Origin: Candidatus Heimdallarchaeota archaeon
GTDB lineage: Archaea > Asgardarchaeota > Heimdallarchaeia > Heimdallarchaeales > Kariarchaeaceae
NCBI GenBank assembly: GCA_015523565.1
Contig: WAKA01000005.1
Coordinates: forward strand, 1 to 18,870
DNA: 18,870 nucleotides
Direction of reading: 5' to 3'
A program made the position numbers and the translations under genes. Below are positions 1-7,604 of this stretch, piece after piece (the first letter of the stretch is position 1; each line of letters opens with the position of its first letter). A model generated the notes under the pieces. That model saw only the letters and a program-made list of their open reading frames with translations. It was not told where the DNA came from and searched no databases.

Positions 1-564
1 ACCCTGTTGTTGAGAACAAATCAAATATGGCAAACCTACCGCTTCGGCAGTACAATCTTAGACATCAGATGGAACAGGGATGAACTGTTCTTCAGTGAAG
101 GAGATCAGATCCATATCCTTTCTTCGGATAAGCTGGAGAACTACACGGTTTCCAAGGATGTCTTGAATAATGTACAGGCGTTTGCCCCCTCAGACAACGG
201 CACAAAGTTTGCTGTGGGCGATAACAACGGCACCATCGTCATTTTCAACAGGGAGGGGGATGTCCTCAAAAAATTGCGTATACCAAGAAAATATCCTCTT
301 TTACCTGAAAAAATTAGATCTCTAGACTGGAGCAGGAATAAGCTAATTGTCGGAAAGCAGACCAGTCAGATCCCGATAATCGACACAACGACGTGGGAGA
401 CCGTGCAGGTGCTTGCCAACGAGACAGACCTCAGCAAGTATGTCCTGGATAAATCCCCACCCCCAGAGCCCGTCCCTGATTTCGTGTCGTACACCCCCAT
501 TCTGTCCCTTCCCATATCCTTTGCAGTGGTTGTCATTGTCAGGAGAAAAAGAAAAATGATTTGA
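1..564 (+). CDS. WD40/beta-propeller cell-surface protein with C-terminal Pro linker, TM helix and basic tail (5'-truncated by window edge)
   Basis: Frame is open from base 1. WD40-like blades: ILDIRWN, VQAFAPSDNGTKFAVGDNNGTIVIFN, IRSLDWS...LIVG. C-terminus PPPEPVPDF, then a hydrophobic helix, then RRKRK. Confidence 0.75.
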   Translation, partial: TLLLRTNQIWQTYRFGSTILDIRWNRDELFFSEGDQIHILSSDKLENYTVSKDVLNNVQAFAPSDNGTKFAVGDNNGTIVIFNREGDVLKKLRIPRKYPLLPEKIRSLDWSRNKLIVGKQTSQIPIIDTTTWETVQVLANETDLSKYVLDKSPPPEPVPDFVSYTPILSLPISFAVVVIVRRKRKMI

Positions 565-790
565 AAACTTAGTAGTCCTATCGGTAAAATCGTCTCTCTA
601 AGCTGTCTGAAGCAGGTTGGTTTTTGCGGTTGAAACGGTTTTATGCAAAATAATGTTCATAATCCTGACAGGTTTATTTTTGCCAGTTATTTGGATTTTT
701 TCAGCAGGGAGTAATTTAAATTCTATTGCTATACCCAATATCCTGTTTTGCGAGGTCATCTTATTGATTTAGGTCAACGGAGTCTTAGTT

Positions 791-810
791 GAGAGAAACA
801 TATAAATATA
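791..810 (+). promoter_or_regulatory. Archaeal BRE-TATA promoter of the copB transcript
   Basis: GAGAGAAACATATAAATA. The 11-mer AGAAACATATA (794-804) recurs identically upstream of the RuBisCO gene (17031-17041). Confidence 0.65.
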
Positions 811-827
811 TCAAAATATGATAGGTC

Positions 828-890
828 ATGGGGCAATATACGATGTGTCAAATGATGACACGTTCTTGTCTCGGAGGTAAGGCATTATGA
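828..890 (+). CDS. Putative 20-aa Met/Cys-rich leader peptide MGQYTMCQMMTRSCLGGKAL (uORF of copB)
   Basis: ATG at 828, 29 nt after the C of the TATA element. Stop TGA (888-890) overlaps the copB ATG (887-889) as ATGA. Contains 4 Met and 2 Cys. Too short for the ORF track. Confidence 0.4.
   Translation: MGQYTMCQMMTRSCLGGKAL
873..878 (+). promoter_or_regulatory. Shine-Dalgarno site for copB
   Basis: GGAGGT, 8 nt before ATG 887. Confidence 0.7.
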
Positions 891-3025
891 AAGATAATGA
901 GCACAATACCCACAAACACAACAGTTCGGAAAATAACGGGATGCATGAAAAGGGAAATTCCCGACACATGAACCATTCATCGCATGGTGATCATAAGGAA
1001 GGGAGTCATAAACAACATGGGGAACATGGTGGTCATGAGAATCATATGCAACATGGTGGTGGGGGGCATGAAGGGCATCAGAACCATCACCAGATGATGA
1101 TTGCAGATTTTAGGAAAAGGTTCATTGTTTCCACAATTCTTTCCATCCCCGTATTGGTTCTGTCTTCTGCTGTCCAGAACCTGTTCAATTATTCCATAGA
1201 TTTCCCTAATGCACCATATTGGCAACTGGTATTGTCGTCGATAATTTATGTATATGGAGGCATTCCATTTTTCAAGGGAGCAAGGGATGAGTTAAGGAAA
1301 CGATTGCCTGGAATGATGACGCTTGTTGCAGTTGCAATTACGACGGCATATTTCTATAGTGCATCGGTTGTACTTTTCATAGAGGGAAAATTCTTTTTCT
1401 GGGAACTAGTGACATTGATTGATGTAATGCTCGTAGGTCACTGGATGGAGATGAAATCGGTATTGGGTGCATCTAGGGCATTGGAAAGCTTGATTAAGCG
1501 TCTTCCTTCAGAAGCGCATTTGGTAAGGGATGATGGAACGGTAGAGGACATTTCAATATCGGAACTGAAAGTGGGGGACAAAGTCCTTATTCGTCCAGGG
1601 GAAAAGGTTCCTGTTGATGGGATCATTTTATCTGGAAGTTCAAGTTTCAATGAGGCATTCATTACAGGCGAGTCCAAGCCAGTTTCAAAAGAGGAGGGAG
1701 ATGAGGTGATTGCGGGATCTGTCAATGGAGAGGGGGCGGTTACAGCAGAGGTAAGGCGAACGGGCAAGGACACCTATCTGTCCCAAGTGATTGAATTGGT
1801 CAATGAGGCACAGAAGACCAGATCGAAGACACAAGACTTGGCTAACCGAGCGGCATTCATTTTGACGATGGTTGCAATTGTAGGCGGTATCGGTACATTA
1901 GTGACTTGGTTGGCATTGGGCAAGCCGCTTGCATTTGCACTTGAGCGAATGGTGACGGTCATTGTCATTGCATGTCCCCATGCATTGGGACTGGCAGTCC
2001 CGTTGGTTGTTTCCATCTCGACAAGCATTTCGGCGAAGAATGGCCTATTGATACGAAACAGGGCGGCATTCGAAAGGGGGAGAAACATTACAGCTATAGT
2101 TTTTGACAAGACAGGCACCCTCACAAAGGGAGAGTTTGGAGTGACAGATATCATAGCAGTCAATTCAGAAGACAAGGACGGGGTGCTTTTGAAAGCAGCG
2201 TCCCTTGAGATCAATTCGGAGCATCCAATTGCCAAGGGGATTGTGAAGGCCGCAGAGGAAAAGGGAATGAAATTGGAGACAGTGGAGGATTTTGAGGCAA
2301 TTCCAGGCAAGGGGATACAGGGGATGATAAACGGCAAAAAGTATATTGTTGCCAGTCCCCGATATCTCAAGGAGATCGGGATAGATGATGTTCCAAGTGA
2401 TGTAGACAGATTGCATGGGCAAGGGAAGACAACAGTGTTCCTGATTGAGGGTAAAACCCTGCTTGGGGTTATTGCACTGGCAGATTTGATCAGGGAGGAA
2501 TCAAGGGAAGCCATTGATGCCCTTCACCAGATGGGGATAAAAACATATATGCTTACGGGAGACAATGAGAAAGTTGCACGTTGGGTCAGCAGTGAACTTG
2601 GGATAAATGAGTACTTTGCAGAGGTTTTGCCCCATCAAAAGTCAGAGAAGGTAAAGGAACTCCAGCAGAGGGGAGAAATTGTAGCCATGACAGGAGATGG
2701 GGTCAATGATGCACCAGCCCTGATACAAGCGGATTTGGGAATTGCCATTGGTGCAGGTACGGATGTCGCCATTGAATCGGCAGATGTCATTCTTGTAAGG
2801 AGTGATCCACGTGACACAGTCTCAATCATCAGGCTTGCAAGGAAGACATACCGGAAGATGCAGGAAAATCTTGCATGGGCATCCGGCTACAACATTTTCG
2901 CCCTGCCATTGGCCGCAGGAATCTTGTATAATATCGGCATCATTCTTTCTCCAGCCGCAGGAGGGTTATTGATGTCATTGAGCACAGTCATTGTCGCCAT
3001 CAATGCCATGAGATTGAAAATGTAG
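887..3025 (+). CDS. copB: Copper-exporting P1B-3-type ATPase (CopB) with His-rich N-terminus
   Basis: His-rich N-terminal ~70 aa, TGES, CPH (IACPHALGLA), DKTGT phosphorylation motif, SEHP, TGDGVNDAPAL, and TM ligands YN and MSLST. Confidence 0.95.
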   Translation: MKDNEHNTHKHNSSENNGMHEKGNSRHMNHSSHGDHKEGSHKQHGEHGGHENHMQHGGGGHEGHQNHHQMMIADFRKRFIVSTILSIPVLVLSSAVQNLFNYSIDFPNAPYWQLVLSSIIYVYGGIPFFKGARDELRKRLPGMMTLVAVAITTAYFYSASVVLFIEGKFFFWELVTLIDVMLVGHWMEMKSVLGASRALESLIKRLPSEAHLVRDDGTVEDISISELKVGDKVLIRPGEKVPVDGIILSGSSSFNEAFITGESKPVSKEEGDEVIAGSVNGEGAVTAEVRRTGKDTYLSQVIELVNEAQKTRSKTQDLANRAAFILTMVAIVGGIGTLVTWLALGKPLAFALERMVTVIVIACPHALGLAVPLVVSISTSISAKNGLLIRNRAAFERGRNITAIVFDKTGTLTKGEFGVTDIIAVNSEDKDGVLLKAASLEINSEHPIAKGIVKAAEEKGMKLETVEDFEAIPGKGIQGMINGKKYIVASPRYLKEIGIDDVPSDVDRLHGQGKTTVFLIEGKTLLGVIALADLIREESREAIDALHQMGIKTYMLTGDNEKVARWVSSELGINEYFAEVLPHQKSEKVKELQQRGEIVAMTGDGVNDAPALIQADLGIAIGAGTDVAIESADVILVRSDPRDTVSIIRLARKTYRKMQENLAWASGYNIFALPLAAGILYNIGIILSPAAGGLLMSLSTVIVAINAMRLKM

Positions 3026-3085
3026 TTTTTCAGCAAGACATTTCAAAACGCATTTTGTCAAGCGGGAATGCATTATTCAAGGATA

Positions 3086-4348
3086 TTAAAAAAACTCCAA
3101 CTTTGCGGAAAAGTAAGAAAACTCCACTTTATTTTTTCCAACCAAGAGATTCTTTTCCAAATGCTTTGGCATTACATATTTGCGAAGCAGAGAGAGATGC
3201 CCCAATGACAATTTTGTCTTTTGATCCGTGCCCCAGTTCCCGATATAGGAAAGAGGTTCAATTCTTTTCGAAAACTGCCTCGGACCAATTTCCATATAAG
3301 CAATCCCCCGTTTTTTGAATGTCGCAAAATTAGTACATTTGGAATTCCCAAGGATTTTTTCAAACCTTTCTTTTTGGATTGGTTTAAGGCTCAGGGCGAA
3401 ATAGTTCCCACCGATATAGAACAAATGCATCAAGCCCAAGCCATATGTAGCGGACAGGTGTTCTAGATCCCTCAATGCATTTTTGTATGAGGAGTATCGA
3501 AGTATTGGGACAAACATTTTTGTTCCAAGAACCCTATTGCTGACTGAGACAGAGTAAAAATGTTCCCCAGACCTTAGCCTCTTTCGGTTTCTGGGGAAAC
3601 GTAGTTTTTTCATATAATCTGCAAAAAATTTTTTTTGCAAGTCATTGCCTTGAAAAAGGCTCCTGAGGCGAGCAAACAATCCTAAACGAATGTTTACCCT
3701 ATACACATCCTGCATCATTTGCTTAAAATTGTTTTTCTTAAGAAGGGGTTCAGTGATCAATGTGCATGCCATCCCTGTTTTTGAGTTCAATGTATAGGGC
3801 ACACGGATGATTCGACGGGTGTCAATTGTGACAGGACTGTCAAAATTGAATTCGGACATGGCTCTGACCAAATCCCTTCTTTTATTTTCAGCTTGTTCCT
3901 CAAGATCTTGTGAATAGTCGTATACAAACGGGTCATTAAACACCAGATGAAACCCTTTTGCACCAGAAAAGGCACAATACTTCAATTTCCAACCTTGTTC
4001 AATCCCATAATCATATATCCGTCTCGTTTCAGCAAACGCCCTTTTGAGGTTGTCCTTGTCATCAATATCAAAGACAAGGTCCATTTTGAAGAATTTACTG
4101 TGATCCTTGCCGCGTATCCCCACCTTTGTTGGGTTCATGAAATATCCAACGGAATAATAAACATCAATAGGAGCAGTATTTGCAAGTAAATTCCAAAGAG
4201 AAGTAGGATTTTTGATGCGTTCCTTCACTTTCATGAATGAGCCATCTGCGGTTACAATCCTGAAATGCTTGAATTTCAGGAAATCAATGGGCAAATCCGA
4301 TTTCAGGGAAGAGTAGTAATTTTTTATTGTGTCGGTGTTGTACAACAA
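3086..4348 (-). CDS. Archaeo-eukaryotic primase (PriS-like) paralog with an additional ~170-aa C-terminal domain
   Basis: PIDVYYSVGYFMNP, motif I DLVFDID, motif II FSGAKGFH, motif III DTRRIIRVPYTLNSKTG. No Cys Zn-knuckle. TTG start 29 nt from a TATA element. Confidence 0.85.
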   Translation of the reverse strand: MLYNTDTIKNYYSSLKSDLPIDFLKFKHFRIVTADGSFMKVKERIKNPTSLWNLLANTAPIDVYYSVGYFMNPTKVGIRGKDHSKFFKMDLVFDIDDKDNLKRAFAETRRIYDYGIEQGWKLKYCAFSGAKGFHLVFNDPFVYDYSQDLEEQAENKRRDLVRAMSEFNFDSPVTIDTRRIIRVPYTLNSKTGMACTLITEPLLKKNNFKQMMQDVYRVNIRLGLFARLRSLFQGNDLQKKFFADYMKKLRFPRNRKRLRSGEHFYSVSVSNRVLGTKMFVPILRYSSYKNALRDLEHLSATYGLGLMHLFYIGGNYFALSLKPIQKERFEKILGNSKCTNFATFKKRGIAYMEIGPRQFSKRIEPLSYIGNWGTDQKTKLSLGHLSLLRKYVMPKHLEKNLLVGKNKVEFSYFSAKLEFF

Positions 4349-4368
4349 TAATTTTTGATTTGGATAGA

Positions 4369-4377
4369 TTTATAAAG
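4369..4377. promoter_or_regulatory. Palindromic TATA element TTTATAAA for the primase paralog, possibly bidirectional
   Basis: CTTTATAAA on the minus strand; its C at 4377 is 29 nt upstream of TTG 4348. Confidence 0.6.
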
Positions 4378-4625
4378 ATTGGGATTTCCAAGAAAATGGG
4401 TCATTACCATCTATTAATTCAAATTTTGGATGATACAACGGAAACAAAAAAGATTGGAACTGGACTTTCCACTCAATAATCAACTGAAAATGCGGTTGAC
4501 ATGAGCCAAGTGCCTCCTTTTGTTCCTCAGGATGTTTTCATATGATGACCCTTATGTTTCTGGATAAATTTCAGGAGTGCCATTTCCATTTTTGTCATTT
4601 GCAGACCTGAAAGTCATTCAAGGAA

Positions 4626-5939
4626 TCAGGGAACTAAACAGAAGGTAGGGATCCCACAGTCACTTGGTGGAGTTGTACCTCCTCCATCCACTCCTGCGGT
4701 ATCACCCATTTCTTTTTCATATGCCCAGTTGTATACATCTAAAAGATCCACATACCCCCATCCGTATCTTTGATTCCAGAGATCACTGCTTGAAGGGATG
4801 TCTGCAACTGTTTTAAGGATTTCATAAATAATAAATCTGTCAACGGTTGTGGGTGGTGCACCATTTTGGGAAGCATACCCCTCCGTATATGCATATCTTG
4901 CGATTTGAGCCGCTGCCGCCAAGTATGGTGTACTGAAGCTGGTCAATGCCCCATATTTCCAAGACCCAGCGTTGAAGTCATAAATCGGAACACCGTTTCC
5001 CGGCATCACAAAATCAAGGCTTGTTGCACCCCCTAGGGTGGTGTCCCCATAGAAAGAGCATTCATCCCTGCTACATACCGCCCCTATTGCCGATCCAGAA
5101 TAGTGGTCTTTCATAGAATAATAATCTGGATCAGATGAAGTCCCCCTGTTTTCATGGTCAATTGAACCCACTGCATAAACGTTCTCATACTTTTGTGGGA
5201 TAGATGATCCTTCATTTTCACCACGGTTACCAATTGAGGTGACTAAAAATATTTCATCAGAAAGTCCAGTGATATAGCTGTCTGTGAAATCCGTTGTTGG
5301 CTGATAATTGAAAGACATCGAAATTACATCAATATTAAATGTTCGATAATTGTTTATGATCCAATCCCATAATGCACTACTTCCAAAATCGAGACCATAT
5401 ATGCCATCTCCTTCATTAATATCTGGCAGATTCGAGATAATTTGTATATTTACAAAGATAATTTTAGCATGGGGCAAAACAGTCCCTATTACAGATAAAA
5501 CTGCAAATCCATGCCAATTGTTTGGATGAAAACGGATATCTTCGTTTGAATAAATTGAGGGATCATCATATAAATAAGCCTCATATGTTTCTGGAGAAGG
5601 GGCATTACTGAGTACGCCCATGATGTCCAATGAAAAACCAAGATCACCACTCTCAAGCAAGTCCCACATTTCAATAGAAAGCCCATCATCGAAAACCATT
5701 ATTGTGCCATCATAGTCATTGTCCTCAGGAACAAAATTTTTCCAACCTTGACAATCGATATACTCTAAAGCTGAATCTTGACAAGACAATACAATATTAG
5801 GATCATTTATTACATCGCCAGGGGTTCCAAGCAATGATGTAGTTGGTTGGAGCTCTATAGATGATAGATTAATCAAGTTTATTGTCATAACCAAAAAGAT
5901 GAGAAGGATTGATTGTTTTTTACGATTGTGGTCTACCAT
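4626..5939 (-). CDS. Secreted S8 subtilisin-like serine protease
   Basis: Catalytic D (VFDDG), H (WHGFAV) and S (LTSFSTPYLAAA), oxyanion N (SIGN), DFVMPG, YGWGYVD. Likely start is ATG 5939 (MVDHNRKKQSILLIFLV signal peptide) rather than 6020. Confidence 0.85.
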   Translation of the reverse strand: MVDHNRKKQSILLIFLVMTINLINLSSIELQPTTSLLGTPGDVINDPNIVLSCQDSALEYIDCQGWKNFVPEDNDYDGTIMVFDDGLSIEMWDLLESGDLGFSLDIMGVLSNAPSPETYEAYLYDDPSIYSNEDIRFHPNNWHGFAVLSVIGTVLPHAKIIFVNIQIISNLPDINEGDGIYGLDFGSSALWDWIINNYRTFNIDVISMSFNYQPTTDFTDSYITGLSDEIFLVTSIGNRGENEGSSIPQKYENVYAVGSIDHENRGTSSDPDYYSMKDHYSGSAIGAVCSRDECSFYGDTTLGGATSLDFVMPGNGVPIYDFNAGSWKYGALTSFSTPYLAAAAQIARYAYTEGYASQNGAPPTTVDRFIIYEILKTVADIPSSSDLWNQRYGWGYVDLLDVYNWAYEKEMGDTAGVDGGGTTPPSDCGIPTFCLVP

Positions 5940-5956
5940 GTACTTAACCATCAAAC

Positions 5957-5970
5957 CATATATATATATG
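5957..5970. promoter_or_regulatory. Perfect 14-bp palindrome CATATATATATATG; shared TATA of the divergent subtilase and FG-GAP genes
   Basis: Lies 31 nt from ATG 5939 (minus) and 25 nt from the in-frame TTG 5982 (plus), each measured from the first C on that strand. Confidence 0.6.
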
Positions 5971-5981
5971 AGGGACGATCC

Positions 5982-7463
5982 TTGAAAAATCGAGACATTT
6001 TGAATAATATTTCTGTTCATTCAATTTCCGTTGCAATGATGTTGATGATTGCCATACATCCAGTAGTTCCTGAAGCACCCTTTCAGATAGTGCCACTTTG
6101 GGAGATGACATTTGATGGTCCTGTGCAATGGGCACTTCCAATCCAAGCAGACAATGATCCCAAACTGGAAATAGCCATCTATATTCGCGGAAATCCAGAC
6201 AAAATTATTATGTTGGATGGAAATGGAACAATAATCTCAGATTTTGATACAAGTTCCAATTTTGCGATCCCTCTTGATATTGATAATAATGGAATTCAAG
6301 AATTACTTTCGCTGGAAGGGAACGTTTTCCATGCAATCAATGTTTGGGGTCAAGACCTTTGGTTTCATGAATTGAGATACAACCGATCGTCATTTCAGAG
6401 GCTAGTAGATTGGGATCAGGATTCACAACTTGAGATTGTACTTTTAGAGTACCCGCGAGACAATGTCACCTATGTTGAAATCCTAGACCTATGGGGAAAT
6501 CTTGAAACATCCATTGAACTCAATAGGCATTGCGATTTTTCAGCATTTGGAGAATTTGGATCCAAAGCAGAAACGAGCATCATATGTCCCTACAATGGAG
6601 GACTTGCAGTTTACAATTTTAAAGGAGAAATGGATTACTCTTTTATGGATTCGGCTTTCCAAGAGGCAGGATATTTTCCCCTTCTTATGGAAGATGAGAC
6701 TTTTGTCCCCTATGTCAGAAAACTAGCAACATTCACTTCTGAGGGTATCGAATGGGTTGCCAAGATGAATGCTATCGATTATGCAGTTGTCCCAGGGGAG
6801 TTCAACAGTTCAAGTGCTGGAATTGAACTGCTGACGATGGGTCTTGGTCATTTTATTATTTGGAATCAAAATGGAAATCCCCTGCTAAATCAATCGATTG
6901 ACTGCAGGTGTTTAGTAACTCCCACAATCGTGGACTTGGATGGGGATTATTACAATGAGGTGGTCTTTTCTCAAGCAAATAATCTCCTTGTGCTTGATAA
7001 CAATCTGAAAACAATTCTCGTATATTCGTTCGATTCACAAATTTCCATGGAAGTTTCGGATATCAATTTAGATGGCAGACTTGATTTCATGGTTTTTTTC
7101 AATAGGACATTGTCTTTTCTTACTACAACCAAGAGAGGAGGTCAAATCTACTGGAAAGGGTGGGGTGGGAGCTACAAAAACACACGGAATGTATTGGACG
7201 TTGACAAGGATCTTGATGGACTTGCAGACTACTACGAGCGACAGATAGGAACTGATCCCTCAAGAAAGGACACCGACTATGACGGATACAATGACCTTGA
7301 GGAACTCCAAGATGGTTACGACCCGAAAGACCCCACCTCCTTTCCCAATTCGGGATTTGTGATGGGGGGTCTTGCCGCGGCAACCATATTCACCGCCTAC
7401 ATAATCATCAGAAAACTTCAACGAAAAAGGCAAATTCACCGAAATCTCTATCCCATTGAATGA
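5982..7463 (+). CDS. FG-GAP (integrin-alpha-like) beta-propeller surface protein with TSP3-like Ca-binding repeats and C-terminal TM anchor
   Basis: About 7 DxDxDG-type blades (ADNDPKLEI, DIDNNGIQEL, DWDQDSQLEI, DLDGDYYNEV, DINLDGRLDF and two degenerate ones). Then DKDLDGLADYYE..GTDP..DTDYDGYNDLEE repeats, a TM helix and RKLQRKR. Start uncertain (TTG 5982, TTG 6000 or ATG 6036); 5913 is unlikely. Confidence 0.8.
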   Translation: MKNRDILNNISVHSISVAMMLMIAIHPVVPEAPFQIVPLWEMTFDGPVQWALPIQADNDPKLEIAIYIRGNPDKIIMLDGNGTIISDFDTSSNFAIPLDIDNNGIQELLSLEGNVFHAINVWGQDLWFHELRYNRSSFQRLVDWDQDSQLEIVLLEYPRDNVTYVEILDLWGNLETSIELNRHCDFSAFGEFGSKAETSIICPYNGGLAVYNFKGEMDYSFMDSAFQEAGYFPLLMEDETFVPYVRKLATFTSEGIEWVAKMNAIDYAVVPGEFNSSSAGIELLTMGLGHFIIWNQNGNPLLNQSIDCRCLVTPTIVDLDGDYYNEVVFSQANNLLVLDNNLKTILVYSFDSQISMEVSDINLDGRLDFMVFFNRTLSFLTTTKRGGQIYWKGWGGSYKNTRNVLDVDKDLDGLADYYERQIGTDPSRKDTDYDGYNDLEELQDGYDPKDPTSFPNSGFVMGGLAAATIFTAYIIIRKLQRKRQIHRNLYPIE

Positions 7464-7530
7464 AATTGTTTTCACAAGACCTGTAAAGGCTGTGGGAAGT
7501 AATTCACGAGAATGTGGGAAAGCAAAAGGG

Positions 7531-7558
7531 AATGGAACCTCTAAAATGGAACCTCTAA
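7531..7558. repeat. Perfect 14-bp tandem duplication (AATGGAACCTCTAA)x2
   Basis: 7531-7544 and 7545-7558 are identical; lies in a convergent intergenic region. Confidence 0.9.
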
Positions 7559-7604
7559 TTATGGGAGGAGGAAAGGAAATTGACAGATTTCAAAAAAAAT
7601 ACGG

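Noticed and set aside
653-772. 39-aa hydrophobic ORF MFIILTGLFLPVIWIFSAG...
   Set aside because: No convincing promoter spacing or SD; T-rich intergenic DNA readily yields such frames.
818-880. Alternative uORF MIGHGAIYDVSNDDTFLSRR*
   Set aside because: ATG 818 is too close to the TATA box to be transcribed, and the ORF is not coupled to the copB start.
896-1095. CAT/GGT-rich quasi-repeats at the copB 5' end as a repeat array
   Set aside because: Explained by His/Gly codons of the CopB N-terminal metal-binding region; not CRISPR-like.
977-2829. Several antisense ORFs inside copB (up to 246 aa)
   Set aside because: Shadow frames of a well-conserved gene; no motifs.
3055-4189. Short ORFs overlapping the primase gene
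   Set aside because: Antisense or out-of-frame to a gene with clear AEP motifs.
5913-6020. Apparent head-to-head overlap of the subtilase and FG-GAP ORFs
   Set aside because: Artefact of longest-ORF start choice; downstream starts fit signal peptides and the shared TATA.
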